Virus record (IMG/VR): IMGVR_UViG_3300028920_000001
Coordinates: 248,001 to 312,000 of that record
Direction: 5' to 3' (one strand)
Length of the DNA: 64,000 nucleotides
Both the position numbers and the translations under genes were made by a program. The notes under the pieces were generated by a model. That model ran no database searches. It saw only the letters and a list, made by a program, of their open reading frames with translations, and was not told the DNA's origin. This document shows positions 29,454 to 39,184 of the stretch, piece after piece (position 1 is the stretch's first letter; each line of letters begins with the position of its first letter).

Positions 29454-30024
29454 TTTACATCGATCTCGAGATGCAAATTCTGTTCCATTAATGATTTCTA
29501 CCCCTGTTCCTCCTAAATCAGTGCCTGCTATCGTTAGTGATACTCGAGGGCGGTTCATTGCAATTAGAAAAATGAGGCAAGAAGGGAATTTTATTGCTTC
29601 TGGTGTATTTGAATATGATTCAGATAGAGTAGATGATGTAGTATCTGATTTGTTTGATGCAGCTTATGTTTTATCCTGCGAAGATAAACTAGGTAACACA
29701 TTTTCGGGCAAAGATGCTCCTAAGCGTGCTTTCAATTACATAAAGAGAAGTTCTGGGATCCCAGGTCAGCCTCATGTTTGTTTAGTTCCTGAATCCTGGA
29801 AAGAAACAAAGATTAAACAATTTTTTGGGGTTAAGAATCTTGAAAATGTAAGAAAGTATCAAAAATTCTGTCGAATTGTTTCGACTAAGGTTTCAATCCC
29901 GGTTTTTTGTTCTAGACCTGACATGGTTGGGATGTATACTCAATTTTTAGGCGGCAAAACTAGTATAATTCTACATAATGTAAAATTAGGGTTGGCTTTT
30001 GTGGTCCCGACTGGCGGATCCTAA
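29425..30024 (+). CDS. Hypothetical protein, possible capsid-fold paralogue
   Basis: C-terminus resembles the MCP C-terminus; start moved to ATG 29425. Confidence 0.5.
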   Translation: MILLRILEHDLHRSRDANSVPLMISTPVPPKSVPAIVSDTRGRFIAIRKMRQEGNFIASGVFEYDSDRVDDVVSDLFDAAYVLSCEDKLGNTFSGKDAPKRAFNYIKRSSGIPGQPHVCLVPESWKETKIKQFFGVKNLENVRKYQKFCRIVSTKVSIPVFCSRPDMVGMYTQFLGGKTSIILHNVKLGLAFVVPTGGS

Positions 30025-30812
30025 TGTCATTTTTGAACCCGTTTTTAGATTGGGCTAATAGTTGCCTGGATGAAGAAGAGGATGCTCAAGAATATTTACT
30101 AAGTCGTGGTATTTCTGAAGAACAATGGAAACGACATCGGATTGGTTATATTAACGGTGCATATGAAGTTGATCCGTCTGTTGATCCAGCTCATAATGAA
30201 AATTGTGGGGATAAACATCAAAAACATTTATGGTGTGATATTTGTCGTTATCAGTGGTGGTCTTCAACTTGGGAAGGAGAAGAGGATAGACCTAAACAAC
30301 GATTTATCGGGAAGAGGCTGATTGGAAATATAGTGTTTCCATTAACTGCTTACACTGGTGCAGTGATAGGATTTCAGGTTAGATCAATAATAGAGAAATC
30401 ATATGATACATTTGCCATAAAACGCAGACCTGAGGGTTATTTTTTCGGTACTCAGGCTGCTATTAATTCAATTTGGTCTACTAAAGAAGTTACTTTAGTG
30501 GAGGGAGGGCCTGATCATTTGGTGTGGGAGCGTTTAATTTCTCCTAATGTATTGGCTTTAACTACTAGTGCTGTCGGCAAGGCTCAATTTCGATTTTTGA
30601 GGAGATTTGTAAAGACTGTAAATATGTGTCTTGATATGGATGGTCCTGGTCGTCAAGGTGTATTATCTTTTATCGAATATAATGCAGATTATTTTAATAT
30701 TCGGAACATCAAATATCCATCTCTTAGAAAGGGAGATAAGGATCTTGGTGATCTGTGGAAACGGTGGGGAGACGAAAAATTCAGGAGATACTTCTTGAAT
30801 AATTGGAGATAA
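30024..30812 (+). CDS. dnaG: DnaG-type primase catalytic core
   Basis: YLLSRGI..IGY, IVFPL..IGFQVR, TOPRIM LVEGGPD, LDMD, KDLGD. Confidence 0.85.
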   Translation: MSFLNPFLDWANSCLDEEEDAQEYLLSRGISEEQWKRHRIGYINGAYEVDPSVDPAHNENCGDKHQKHLWCDICRYQWWSSTWEGEEDRPKQRFIGKRLIGNIVFPLTAYTGAVIGFQVRSIIEKSYDTFAIKRRPEGYFFGTQAAINSIWSTKEVTLVEGGPDHLVWERLISPNVLALTTSAVGKAQFRFLRRFVKTVNMCLDMDGPGRQGVLSFIEYNADYFNIRNIKYPSLRKGDKDLGDLWKRWGDEKFRRYFLNNWR

Positions 30813-31276
30813 TTATGGCTGGAAAAGAAAAAAAGCCAAACCTTGCGCAAATGCCACTTATATTTAGCGGTTTTGAAGCCGCCGAGGAAATAGCTATTAA
30901 ATTAATCAGGAAACATCATCCTGATTTAGCTTCTGCGAGAATTAAGTATATTTGTCGAAATAAAGCAAAGAAACGTAGTGGTAATCCTGTTCCTGGTCAT
31001 GTTTACAAAATGTCTCCAATGTATTCGTTTTTAACTGATTTTGACTATGTTGTAGAAATTGCTCTTGATGTATGGAATTATTTTAATCCTCATCAACGGA
31101 ATGCTGTTATTGATCATCTTCTTACTCGTTGCTATGGAGAAGAAAATGAACATACCGGAGATATGAGATGGAAGATTCGTCCTCCAGAAATACAAGAATT
31201 TACTGAAGTAGCCGAACGTTATGGTCAGTGGCACGAAGGATTAGTGGAGATGGAGAAGTGTCTCCGGAAGAGGTAA
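30803..31276 (+). CDS. Phage metallopeptidase-like protein with degenerate HExxH
   Basis: W......AVIDHLLTRC, IRPPEIQEF.EVAERYG.W. Confidence 0.6.
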   Translation: MEIIMAGKEKKPNLAQMPLIFSGFEAAEEIAIKLIRKHHPDLASARIKYICRNKAKKRSGNPVPGHVYKMSPMYSFLTDFDYVVEIALDVWNYFNPHQRNAVIDHLLTRCYGEENEHTGDMRWKIRPPEIQEFTEVAERYGQWHEGLVEMEKCLRKR

Positions 31277-31277
31277 A

Positions 31278-32738
31278 GTGTCAGCTAAGCTTGACCTGAA
31301 ATATCGTCCTCAAAAGTTCGCTGAAGTTTTAGGTAATGAAGGAGTTAAGCAACTTCTTCTAGTTCGAAGTAAAAAAGGCGAATTTACTAACCAATCAATG
31401 ATGTTTAGTGGCCCAAAAGGCTGTGGGAAAACATCATTAGCCAGATTAGTAGCTCGTTCGATTGTATGCACTGCGCGGGTGGAAGGCGAACCGTGTAATG
31501 AATGCATGGCTTGTAAGTCTGTACTGGAAGAGACTTCAACTAGTGTGGAGGAGCTTGATGCTGCATCTCAAGGAACAGTAGACAAAATTCGATCTATGGT
31601 AAGAGATATTGAATACGAGCCTTTGGATGGAGCTGAAACTAGTATTTATATAGTAGACGAAGCTCAGCGATTATCTAAAGCTGCACAGGACGCTTTTCTT
31701 AGAGCCATTGAGAATCGACAATTTATAGTCATATTTTGTACCACTGAACCGCATAAAATTCAAGGTCCGATTAGAGACAGACTCGAGGAGTACCCGATTC
31801 GTCCTCCAACTGAAGACGAATTAGTTCACCGAATGACTGAGATTTGTCAAAAGGAACAAATTCAAGCTTCAGATGAGGTTTTACACTTAATAGCTCAAAT
31901 TCATGGTAATACTCCGCGTTCGAGTTTTTTAGCTATTGACTCTCTTTCAGATCTTGGTGAAATTACTGTCGAAAATGCCAAAAAGCTGTTCAGATTTGAC
32001 AGTTACAAATTAACGGATTTAGTGCTTACTTTAGTAGATTCCGATCCAGTTAAAGCATTTGAGTATCTCGATATGTTATCTAATCTTGAAAGTTCTACTT
32101 GGATTCGTGACGCTATCGTATTGGCAGTTTCTAGTGCATTTCGTGAGAGTATTGGAGCTAAATCTACGTATTTAGTCCCTACTCATTTTTTCTCTATTCG
32201 ACAACGAAATTGGATTAAATTAGCTCAGAAGATTGGTGGGATAGATCGACCTTCCATAGCTGACATCGAAGCAGCGTTATTGGTGGATAGTCAGGCTGTT
32301 CCTGAATCTGAGTTTAATACTGAACTTTTTTCAAATCCTAAAATGTCGTCGGCCAAATCTGTTGACGGTCAGGCGTTGGAAGTCGAAATGACAACAGTGT
32401 CTGAGTCTGCTGATCATCCTTTACGAAATTCTCTTTCTGAACTTCAAGAAGCACGTACTGAAAACTTGTCAAATTATATGAACAAGCCTGTTCTGAATTT
32501 GCCTCCGATAGAATCAACATCAACCGAACCGAAGTCTAAGGAAGCTAAACCTGTAAAATCGATAGAAGTGGAGGGAGTTAGATTTTCATCTACTGAGAGT
32601 TTAACTTCTTTGGATGATAAAATAGAAAAGTCGGAATTGAAGAAAGATATTAAACGTGATTTACTTGAGGTAGAGTTAGATAAATCACGTGTCCCAGTTA
32701 CCTCCAAAGAGTTCTCCAAACTCCTCAAAGATATTTAA
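31278..32738 (+). CDS. dnaX: DNA polymerase III gamma/tau subunit
   Basis: KYRPQKFAEVLG, GPKGCGKTSLAR, PCNECMAC, ELDAAS, IVDEAQRLS, CTTEPHKI. Confidence 0.93.
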   Translation: MSAKLDLKYRPQKFAEVLGNEGVKQLLLVRSKKGEFTNQSMMFSGPKGCGKTSLARLVARSIVCTARVEGEPCNECMACKSVLEETSTSVEELDAASQGTVDKIRSMVRDIEYEPLDGAETSIYIVDEAQRLSKAAQDAFLRAIENRQFIVIFCTTEPHKIQGPIRDRLEEYPIRPPTEDELVHRMTEICQKEQIQASDEVLHLIAQIHGNTPRSSFLAIDSLSDLGEITVENAKKLFRFDSYKLTDLVLTLVDSDPVKAFEYLDMLSNLESSTWIRDAIVLAVSSAFRESIGAKSTYLVPTHFFSIRQRNWIKLAQKIGGIDRPSIADIEAALLVDSQAVPESEFNTELFSNPKMSSAKSVDGQALEVEMTTVSESADHPLRNSLSELQEARTENLSNYMNKPVLNLPPIESTSTEPKSKEAKPVKSIEVEGVRFSSTESLTSLDDKIEKSELKKDIKRDLLEVELDKSRVPVTSKEFSKLLKDI

Positions 32739-33243
32739 GTGGGTAATAGTAGAATTAACTTCAACTGGAGAAAAGGAAGAAAATATTCAAAGTATTATTC
32801 AATCTGCTCATAAATTATTGAAAAAACCTGACTTGGCAGTATTTGTTCCTGCTATTTCCCAGACAGTTCGTGATGATTCTCAAACAATGTTTTATATGAA
32901 TGGATATGTATTTATAGAATACATGCTAGGTGTGAATTATCTAAGATTGAGAGAGACTACTTATTTTAGGGATGTTCTTTGTTCTTCTTATAATAATAAC
33001 GAACCTCAATATTCTTTGCTTGATGATTCGGAATTAGATTCTATTCGAAGGGGAATGGATGATCTTAAAGTAGGGGAGTATAAGGAGGGGGACGCAGTTT
33101 TAGTAAAAGAGGGATGTTATCGTAATCTTCCTGGTGTAGTTTCTTTAGTATATGAAGATAAACAAAATATCCAAGTAGCGGTGAATCTCTTGTCTAAGAG
33201 GATGCTGATCGATTTTCCAGTTACTTACGTAGAGAAGGTATGA
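32689..33243 (+). CDS. nusG: NusG-family transcription factor
   Basis: NGN domain (WVIV..VFVP..YMNGYVFI) and KOW (GDAVLVKEGCYRNLPGVV). Confidence 0.8.
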   Translation: MSQLPPKSSPNSSKIFKWVIVELTSTGEKEENIQSIIQSAHKLLKKPDLAVFVPAISQTVRDDSQTMFYMNGYVFIEYMLGVNYLRLRETTYFRDVLCSSYNNNEPQYSLLDDSELDSIRRGMDDLKVGEYKEGDAVLVKEGCYRNLPGVVSLVYEDKQNIQVAVNLLSKRMLIDFPVTYVEKV

Positions 33244-34220
33244 TAAATAGGAATATTTTGATTGACGGCAACAATTTATTGCATCGCATTTATTATGCTT
33301 TGGTCAAAGATAAAGAACCACTTACTTCTCATTCCGGTTATCCCACTGGTCTCATTTTTGGTGTTTTTCATACTATTTCTGACTGGATCGGGGATATATC
33401 AGATCCAACTCGGATGGAATTCTTTTTAGATGGTGTTCCAAAACGCCGATTGGATATCGATCCTCAGTATAAATTCAAAGAAGATTCCATTCAACCTGGT
33501 AAAGATCCATGTCCTATTAAGTTATCTGATGGATTTGAAGCAAAAAATGAAGTCGAAGTTATTGCTCATTTGTTTCAATTATTAGGAGCTGATCTTTACT
33601 ATCATAAAGAGGAAGAAGCGGATGATTTAATTGCATCTTACATTAAACGACATGAGAATGATGTTAATATCATAATATCTAATGATAAAGATTTTTATCA
33701 GCTATTAGCTGATAATCCAAGAGTTATTATTTATAAACCAGGTGTTAGTGGGGATCGATTTTTTGATGCTGAGCGGGCGGAAGAAGATCTGTTTAAAAAA
33801 TTCAAAGTGAGAATACCTCCGGCTAATGTCAGAATGTTTAAGGCTTTGACTGGAGACCCGTCTGATAATATTACAGGAATTCCTAGGCTTAGGAAAAGGG
33901 TAGCTGCTCCATTATGCGAATGTAAAAGCGTAGATGAACTGTATGAGACTGGCCTTCCAGGGCTGTCTAAAGCTGAACGTGAAAAGGCTATTTCACTTAA
34001 GGAAAAAATTGCAACTAATTTTGAATTAGTTGCATTGCATGATGATCTAGATATTGAAATTATACGTAATCGAATTGAGTCTGATTTTGAAATGGCATCT
34101 AAGATTTTCAAGGAAGATTTAAATATTAATTCCGTTTATCCTTATACATTTGAATTTAAATCGAAGGGAACATTCCGAACGTCTTTTTGTGGCGTTGCTG
34201 ATTTCCTTCAGGATATTTAA
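33240..34220 (+). CDS. 5'-3' exonuclease / flap endonuclease (PolA N-terminal-like)
   Basis: LIDGNNLLHR, EADDLIAS, ISNDKDFYQL, ALTGDPSDNITGI. Confidence 0.92.
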   Translation: MINRNILIDGNNLLHRIYYALVKDKEPLTSHSGYPTGLIFGVFHTISDWIGDISDPTRMEFFLDGVPKRRLDIDPQYKFKEDSIQPGKDPCPIKLSDGFEAKNEVEVIAHLFQLLGADLYYHKEEEADDLIASYIKRHENDVNIIISNDKDFYQLLADNPRVIIYKPGVSGDRFFDAERAEEDLFKKFKVRIPPANVRMFKALTGDPSDNITGIPRLRKRVAAPLCECKSVDELYETGLPGLSKAEREKAISLKEKIATNFELVALHDDLDIEIIRNRIESDFEMASKIFKEDLNINSVYPYTFEFKSKGTFRTSFCGVADFLQDI

Positions 34221-34245
34221 AAACTTTCAACATTGCTATTATCGG

Positions 34246-34366
34246 TAAAGTATTTATGGTTGCTTATGCAACCTCGGTCGATATCATACCTAATATAAAA
34301 CAGACCTCGATATTATAATGATACCTACACAACCACGACACATATTGTGTCCGACCGAGGTTGCCA
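34246..34366 (+). promoter_or_regulatory. Structured 5' leader with SD-occluding stem
   Basis: -10 TAAAGT at 34246; perfect 13-bp inverted repeat 34268-34280 / 34352-34364 covers the GAGG SD. Confidence 0.6.
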
Positions 34367-35146
34367 ATGACGTCTTCTCATGTTTTGATCCAAGATCCGA
34401 ATGATATTTCTGCACGATATAGTAATGATGATAGATTAGGTTTTGATGGGGAAGATGATTTTGATGATTTTGATGGTTTAGATGAACATATTGAAGATCA
34501 GTTAGCTCCAGCAATCCCTGATGAAGTTTCTACTAAGAAATTAGCTTTTGAGGCGATTGAGCGATTTTTATACAGGATTCCGCCTCGAGAAGCGGATTTA
34601 ATTACTTTATATTATAAGAATCATTTAAAGCAAGAACAAATAGCTAAATTATTCAATATTACTCAGGCTGCAGTTTCCTATCGTCTTCATCGTGGAATTA
34701 AGAGAATTCAATTCCTTCGAACAATTCCTGAATTAGAGCGTGATACTTTTGAGCTCGAGCTCGGACCTAAGTTTTCTGATCAAGATCGGGAAATTTTGTG
34801 GCGGATGTATAAAACGACATGTCAGTCTGCAATAGCTAAGCAGATGGGACTAACCCAAGGTCGCGTTCGTCATCGTTTCTTTAGGTCATTGAGTCGAATT
34901 AAGGAATTGATTGCTGATGAAGCCAAAGAAACTCAGATTGGTCTTAGAATGGAACAAAGAAAGGGAGTTAACATTACAGATGAAGAGATTCAAATAGAGG
35001 TGAATGAAACTATTAATAATTGTAAATATTCTAAATATTGGACTGTTTTTTTTGCAATTTCAGACAAATACTTCAATATCTTACATGAAGTTAGCCTACC
35101 GCAATTTCAAAATAGGGGCGACGCTCAGATTTTATCGGGTGGATAG
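34367..35146 (+). CDS. Regulator with tandem sigma-70 region-4 HTHs
   Basis: IPPREADLITLYY..LKQEQIAKLFNITQAAVSYRLHRG and FSDQDREIL..QSAIAKQMGLTQGRVRHRFFR; no region 2. Confidence 0.75.
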   Translation: MTSSHVLIQDPNDISARYSNDDRLGFDGEDDFDDFDGLDEHIEDQLAPAIPDEVSTKKLAFEAIERFLYRIPPREADLITLYYKNHLKQEQIAKLFNITQAAVSYRLHRGIKRIQFLRTIPELERDTFELELGPKFSDQDREILWRMYKTTCQSAIAKQMGLTQGRVRHRFFRSLSRIKELIADEAKETQIGLRMEQRKGVNITDEEIQIEVNETINNCKYSKYWTVFFAISDKYFNILHEVSLPQFQNRGDAQILSGG

Positions 35147-35180
35147 GTGTTAAGGTATTTATCAAATGTAATGTGTAATT

Positions 35181-36827
35181 GTGGATATCTTACAAAATTT
35201 GTTGGATCGAGGTATTGAGTCTAGTAATCTTAATACTGAAAAGACTTTAAAACATTTAGTCAAATTCGGACTAAACTCTAAGTCCGAAGTATATGCTGTT
35301 TGTAAATGTGGTAACGAAAGATTAATTAAATTAGCTTCTATTTTGAGAGTTATTAAACGAACTGGTTCATATCAATGTAATTCATGTGCTGTCAAAAATA
35401 AATGGGATGACCCATCTTATGCTCAGAGGCATAAGGACGGTGTTTCCAATTCATGGACAAAATCTAAAAGACAGAAACAATCTGTTATTTCCAGAGATTT
35501 ATGGTCCGATAGTAAATTTCGGGAGAAACAGCGGACTCTATCTATTGAATTATGGGACGATAAAGATAAAAGAGAAGAAGCTTCGAAATTTGCTAAGAAT
35601 TTATGGAGGAATTTAGAATATAGAAAACGTCATGAAGAAGTATGGGCTGATTCTAAATATAAAGCTGATAATTCTGAAAGAATAAAGAAAGTCTGGCAAA
35701 GGTCTGATTACAAAGAAAAATTTGAAAAACTGTGGGCTGATTCAGATTTCAAAAAGAAATTGTCTAAATGTGCTAAGCTTCTTTGGGAAAGTGAGGAGTA
35801 TAGACAGAAAGTAGTTATTGCACAGCGTAGACTTTGGGAGAATCAAAAATATAGAGAAAGGATGGCTAATATTAGAGCATCTCATTCTGGGAAAGATTCG
35901 ATTCTAGAACGAGTTACTCAGCAATTACTTAATCTTTTGAATGTGGAATATAATAAACATTATGTGATTGGTCCTTATGAATTTGATCTATTTGTTCAGT
36001 CTTATGATTTGCTGATTGAGTGTCAAGGAGAGTATTGGCATTCTCTAGATAAAGCAAAGAAAAATGATGCTGTAAAATCTACATATATAGATGAATATTT
36101 TCCTCAATTACAATTACTTTATCTATATGAAAGGGATTTTCTTAATCCTGAGATTGTTAAACAAAAGTTAGCTAAGGCTATTTATGGAGAAAATACTGAG
36201 GTTACTGAAATTGATTTCTTATTTTCCGATATTCAGATTCAAAAATTAGATATGAAGAAAAAGTTAAAGGATTCTTTTTATTCAGAGCCTGAAGAATTTC
36301 TTCAATCATTTCATTATGCGGGCTTTGGAAGATCAGCTAAAGTAATTTACGGGGCTTATTTAGGTGATAAGTTAACTGCGATTTGCAAGTTTGCAGGAGT
36401 GGTAAGAAAAGAAGTAGCTACGTCTATGAAATTAAAGCCATCAGAGGTCTTAGAATTAGATAGGTTTTGCATTCATCCCGAATATCAAAAGAAGAATTTC
36501 GCCTCTTGGTTTATTTCTCGTTGTTCTAAATTAGTATTTGAGGAATTTTCGAAGTTAAAGTATTTAGTTTCTTTTGCTGATACTACCTACGAACATTTTG
36601 GAACGATTTATAAAGCTGCTAATTGGCAAGAATTCCATAGAACTAGACCTAGTTATCATTATATGTCTGATGATGGTTTCATCATGCATAAGAAGACATT
36701 ATATGGACATGCTCGTTCAATGAAAAAGACTGAAAGAGAATACGCCAAAGAATTTGGATATACCAGGATCTATGGGAAGGAAAAAATTAAATTTATTTAT
36801 CCTAAGCTAATTTCAGCTTCTTGTTAA
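35181..36827 (+). CDS. Vsr/DUF559-like endonuclease fused to a Mom-like GNAT domain
   Basis: Trp-periodic helical repeats; YEFDLF..LIECQGEYWH; LELDRFC, LVSFADT, GTIYKAANW. Confidence 0.75.
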   Translation: MDILQNLLDRGIESSNLNTEKTLKHLVKFGLNSKSEVYAVCKCGNERLIKLASILRVIKRTGSYQCNSCAVKNKWDDPSYAQRHKDGVSNSWTKSKRQKQSVISRDLWSDSKFREKQRTLSIELWDDKDKREEASKFAKNLWRNLEYRKRHEEVWADSKYKADNSERIKKVWQRSDYKEKFEKLWADSDFKKKLSKCAKLLWESEEYRQKVVIAQRRLWENQKYRERMANIRASHSGKDSILERVTQQLLNLLNVEYNKHYVIGPYEFDLFVQSYDLLIECQGEYWHSLDKAKKNDAVKSTYIDEYFPQLQLLYLYERDFLNPEIVKQKLAKAIYGENTEVTEIDFLFSDIQIQKLDMKKKLKDSFYSEPEEFLQSFHYAGFGRSAKVIYGAYLGDKLTAICKFAGVVRKEVATSMKLKPSEVLELDRFCIHPEYQKKNFASWFISRCSKLVFEEFSKLKYLVSFADTTYEHFGTIYKAANWQEFHRTRPSYHYMSDDGFIMHKKTLYGHARSMKKTEREYAKEFGYTRIYGKEKIKFIYPKLISASC

Positions 36828-36842
36828 CTTTCAAAATCGAAT

Positions 36843-37754
36843 ATGGCTAATCCTGTTGTTGCCGGCGGCTGCTATGGGTTCAATATTGAATCTATAGGCG
36901 GAACTTGGAGTTGGAATGTTCATGCTGATAACACTCAGGGTCTAGGTCAGTTATTTAAGGTTCAGGATATCAATACCCCATATGGATCTCTTTATACTGC
37001 CATGATCCCTATTCCTGGGGACGTTGTTTTAGCAATGGCAGATTCGTTATCCGATGTTCAAGATCAGTTAGCTCCAATGTTGTCTTTAACGCAAGGAAGC
37101 GTTTCGTCTTTCAATATTGTAATTACTGAAGGCGATTCAAATGTTGACATCGGAACTATCGGTATTCAAAATGTGGGTGCTTTCGGTTCATTTATGGTAG
37201 CCACGGCTACTCCTACAGTTTCCTGGCTTCAGACCAATCCTAGTTACATAAGCGATTTAGGTAAGAATGGTACTGGCAATTTTGGTTTTACGTTATTGAC
37301 TGGTGCACTTTTAAATGCTAATTCTCCTTATACGGGAATAGTGAATTTGCAGGACAATCGAAATGTCCCAACTACTATTCCAATTAGTTTTACGGTTACT
37401 GTAAATCCGCGTCCGGTAATTTCAGCAGTGCCGTTGTCATTGGCCTTTACCCATAGTTTATCACTGAACACTTCGAGTGGTGCTCAGCAAGTTGAAATTG
37501 AGAATGTAGGACCGGCATCTTCTGTATTAAATGTTAGTTTGGTCCGAGTAAATAACAACTCGAGTTGGATTGATTTCACTCCGACTGCTGCTGGACCTTT
37601 AAATTCTGGAGATTCTACTCTTATTACTTTTAGTGTTGTTAAAGCTAATGTTCCATTATCTCCTGGAGTTTATCAAGATACTATTCGGATTTCTTCTCCT
37701 AATGCCGCTAACTCGCCAGTTGATGTCACAGTAACATTGACCGTTAGTGCATAA
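36843..37754 (+). CDS. Virion protein with Ig/BACON-like beta domains
   Basis: S/T/V/N-rich; WL/WI..P..G.L..G, G.Y...I.I...NA.NSP..V.VTLTV. Confidence 0.7.
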   Translation: MANPVVAGGCYGFNIESIGGTWSWNVHADNTQGLGQLFKVQDINTPYGSLYTAMIPIPGDVVLAMADSLSDVQDQLAPMLSLTQGSVSSFNIVITEGDSNVDIGTIGIQNVGAFGSFMVATATPTVSWLQTNPSYISDLGKNGTGNFGFTLLTGALLNANSPYTGIVNLQDNRNVPTTIPISFTVTVNPRPVISAVPLSLAFTHSLSLNTSSGAQQVEIENVGPASSVLNVSLVRVNNNSSWIDFTPTAAGPLNSGDSTLITFSVVKANVPLSPGVYQDTIRISSPNAANSPVDVTVTLTVSA

Positions 37755-37787
37755 ACTTGTTGTTAAATTTTCTCAGGGAGGACAAAT

Positions 37788-38060
37788 ATGAGTAAATTTA
37801 ATATCGAGGATCTTCGGTTTTCTTCCAGTTCAATTGATGATTTTTTCAAGAGTCCTGAACCCAGGGTTCATACTTCTTCGACGGTTGGGAAGGTCCGGGT
37901 TTCAGGACTTCATGAATTAGCCGGATTTAGTTTTATAGCTGAAGATAAACTGGTTAGGACTAGTAAACAAGACTTTTGGCAATTAGGTCAAGATGATGAT
38001 GGGTATTTCATCGAACGTTTGGTCAGTGACGATGATGGGCCGATCAAGGAAGAAGAATAA
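37788..38060 (+). CDS. Head-cluster hypothetical protein
   Basis: GGAGG SD; 90 aa. Confidence 0.7.
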   Translation: MSKFNIEDLRFSSSSIDDFFKSPEPRVHTSSTVGKVRVSGLHELAGFSFIAEDKLVRTSKQDFWQLGQDDDGYFIERLVSDDDGPIKEEE

Positions 38061-39184
38061 TGGACCTAGATAAGATTGCCCGTCGGATTAGTTCTTCTGG
38101 TCGCATTCGTACGGCTGGACGAATTGAATTCGTCCGTGATCAAGGTCCTCTTCGTCGTGATTTGCGTGCCAAGGGGTTTTCATTTAGCTCCGATACCTTA
38201 AAGGATTTAGCTAAAGTATTATGGGCTGCTGAACGAGCTCATAGTTATGGAATGGCTGCTCTAAGATTATTTTCTAAGACCCCTGCCTCTGAGATCAGTC
38301 CTGATGGATTATTGGGTGGCCGTGGGTATATTCAGCAAATTAAAGAGATGCGTTCTAATCTTTCTCAAGCTGTTGAAGTTCTATCTGCATTTTCAGATAC
38401 TATGCATGATGAAGTAAATGCAGATCATTGGGCTGGTGCTAGTGAATCAGAACCTGAAATTGAAGAGATTGTAGAACAAGCTGATGCTGTGAAAGCTGCC
38501 CCCGAGCAGTACGTTGAGGAGCAATTTGAACAGCAAGTTCCGGAAGCATCTGAAGATTTTAATCAGTTAACAAATCCTTCTCCGGAAGAAATGAATCCGG
38601 TAGTAGAAAATTCTGGCCCTCCGGATTGGGATTGGGGTCAAGAAGAGACTCAGATTCAGTCTTCGGAGAAAGCAATCCACCGCCCAAAAGATCCAAAGGA
38701 CTCTGATTTAAGAGTCCTGAAGGGCCAAATATCGAGCTCATCAATTCCAGTAGAGACTTTGCCTGGTCCCAGAGTGAAGCATATTGGGCCGGGTGAGGGT
38801 GATCAGGAATTCGGATATTATGCCGATGATGATGAGCGGCCAAGTGATGATCCTATCGGAGAAGGATTTCGTTTTCTAGAAGAAGTATATCAGGATTGGG
38901 ACATTGGAAAGGGTGGGGTGACTGGTTATGATAATCCCACCGATGGTGATACATCAAAATTTAAGCAATCTGCTCTTAAATTGGCAAATTATTCATGGCT
39001 TCCTGGTTCTCGAAATGAAAAATTAATGCCATACTATGATCCTAATGCTACTGATGAAGATGTTGAATGGATGAGAGCTCATGATCAGCCTGAGCCTCCG
39101 AAAAGCTTAGCGCCTCCTCCTGAAAATATGTTGCCTGATAAATTATGGGAGGCTCGACGTAATGCCGACATCTCTTCCGACTGA
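38060..39184 (+). CDS. Acidic putative internal head protein with MDLDKIARRISS leader
   Basis: Shared N-terminal motif; TAATG coupling. Confidence 0.65.
   Translation: MDLDKIARRISSSGRIRTAGRIEFVRDQGPLRRDLRAKGFSFSSDTLKDLAKVLWAAERAHSYGMAALRLFSKTPASEISPDGLLGGRGYIQQIKEMRSNLSQAVEVLSAFSDTMHDEVNADHWAGASESEPEIEEIVEQADAVKAAPEQYVEEQFEQQVPEASEDFNQLTNPSPEEMNPVVENSGPPDWDWGQEETQIQSSEKAIHRPKDPKDSDLRVLKGQISSSSIPVETLPGPRVKHIGPGEGDQEFGYYADDDERPSDDPIGEGFRFLEEVYQDWDIGKGGVTGYDNPTDGDTSKFKQSALKLANYSWLPGSRNEKLMPYYDPNATDEDVEWMRAHDQPEPPKSLAPPPENMLPDKLWEARRNADISSD

Noticed and set aside
31278-32738. Programmed gamma/tau frameshift in dnaX
   Set aside because: No convincing slippery heptamer with a downstream stem at a suitable position.
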